From: Elusimicrobiota bacterium | Lineage (GTDB): Bacteria > Elusimicrobiota > UBA8919 | Direction: 5' to 3' | Length of the DNA: 15,272 bases | NCBI GenBank assembly: GCA_043816185.1 | Contig: JBDRIG010000009.1 | Location: 1 to 15,272, forward strand | Part shown: positions 15,252 to 15,272 of the stretch, piece by piece | How the letters are laid out: the number at the start of each line of letters is the position of its first letter | Position numbering within the stretch: the first letter of the stretch is position 1 | Program-made: the position numbers and the translations under genes | Notes under the pieces: model-generated | The model's database searches: none | Told to the model about the DNA's origin: nothing | What the model saw: only the letters and a program-made list of their open reading frames with translations

Positions 15252-15272
15252 GGACTTTAACCTCGGTAAGGA

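Overview
Low-GC bacterial chromosomal window that is mostly housekeeping. Gene order: tRNA-Lys(UUU), yajC, HD-domain protein, secD, secF, tRNA-Ser(GCU), a divergently transcribed COG0731-type radical SAM gene, an HPS-RraA (hexulose-6-phosphate synthase/RraA-like) fusion, mtaB, a YejM/PbgA-like sulfatase, HIT, rpsU, a NIF3-like gene and dnaG. No CRISPR array, prophage or intact transposase is visible. The unusual content is in the non-coding DNA. (i) A family of short elements with 16-bp terminal inverted repeats (SAGRCTGTGTCRCAAT) has seven ends in the window. One end is linked to a remnant IS1182-like transposase tail, every end is flanked by a half-site of GC-WWW-GAC, and the elements carry that same target internally. 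(ii) Long fold-back hairpins built from degenerate short tandem repeats fill intergenic spacers, and one separates the secF Shine-Dalgarno from its start codon. (iii) Palindromic segments appear to sit in-frame inside coding sequences. All calls come from reading the sequence and recognising motifs; no searches were run.
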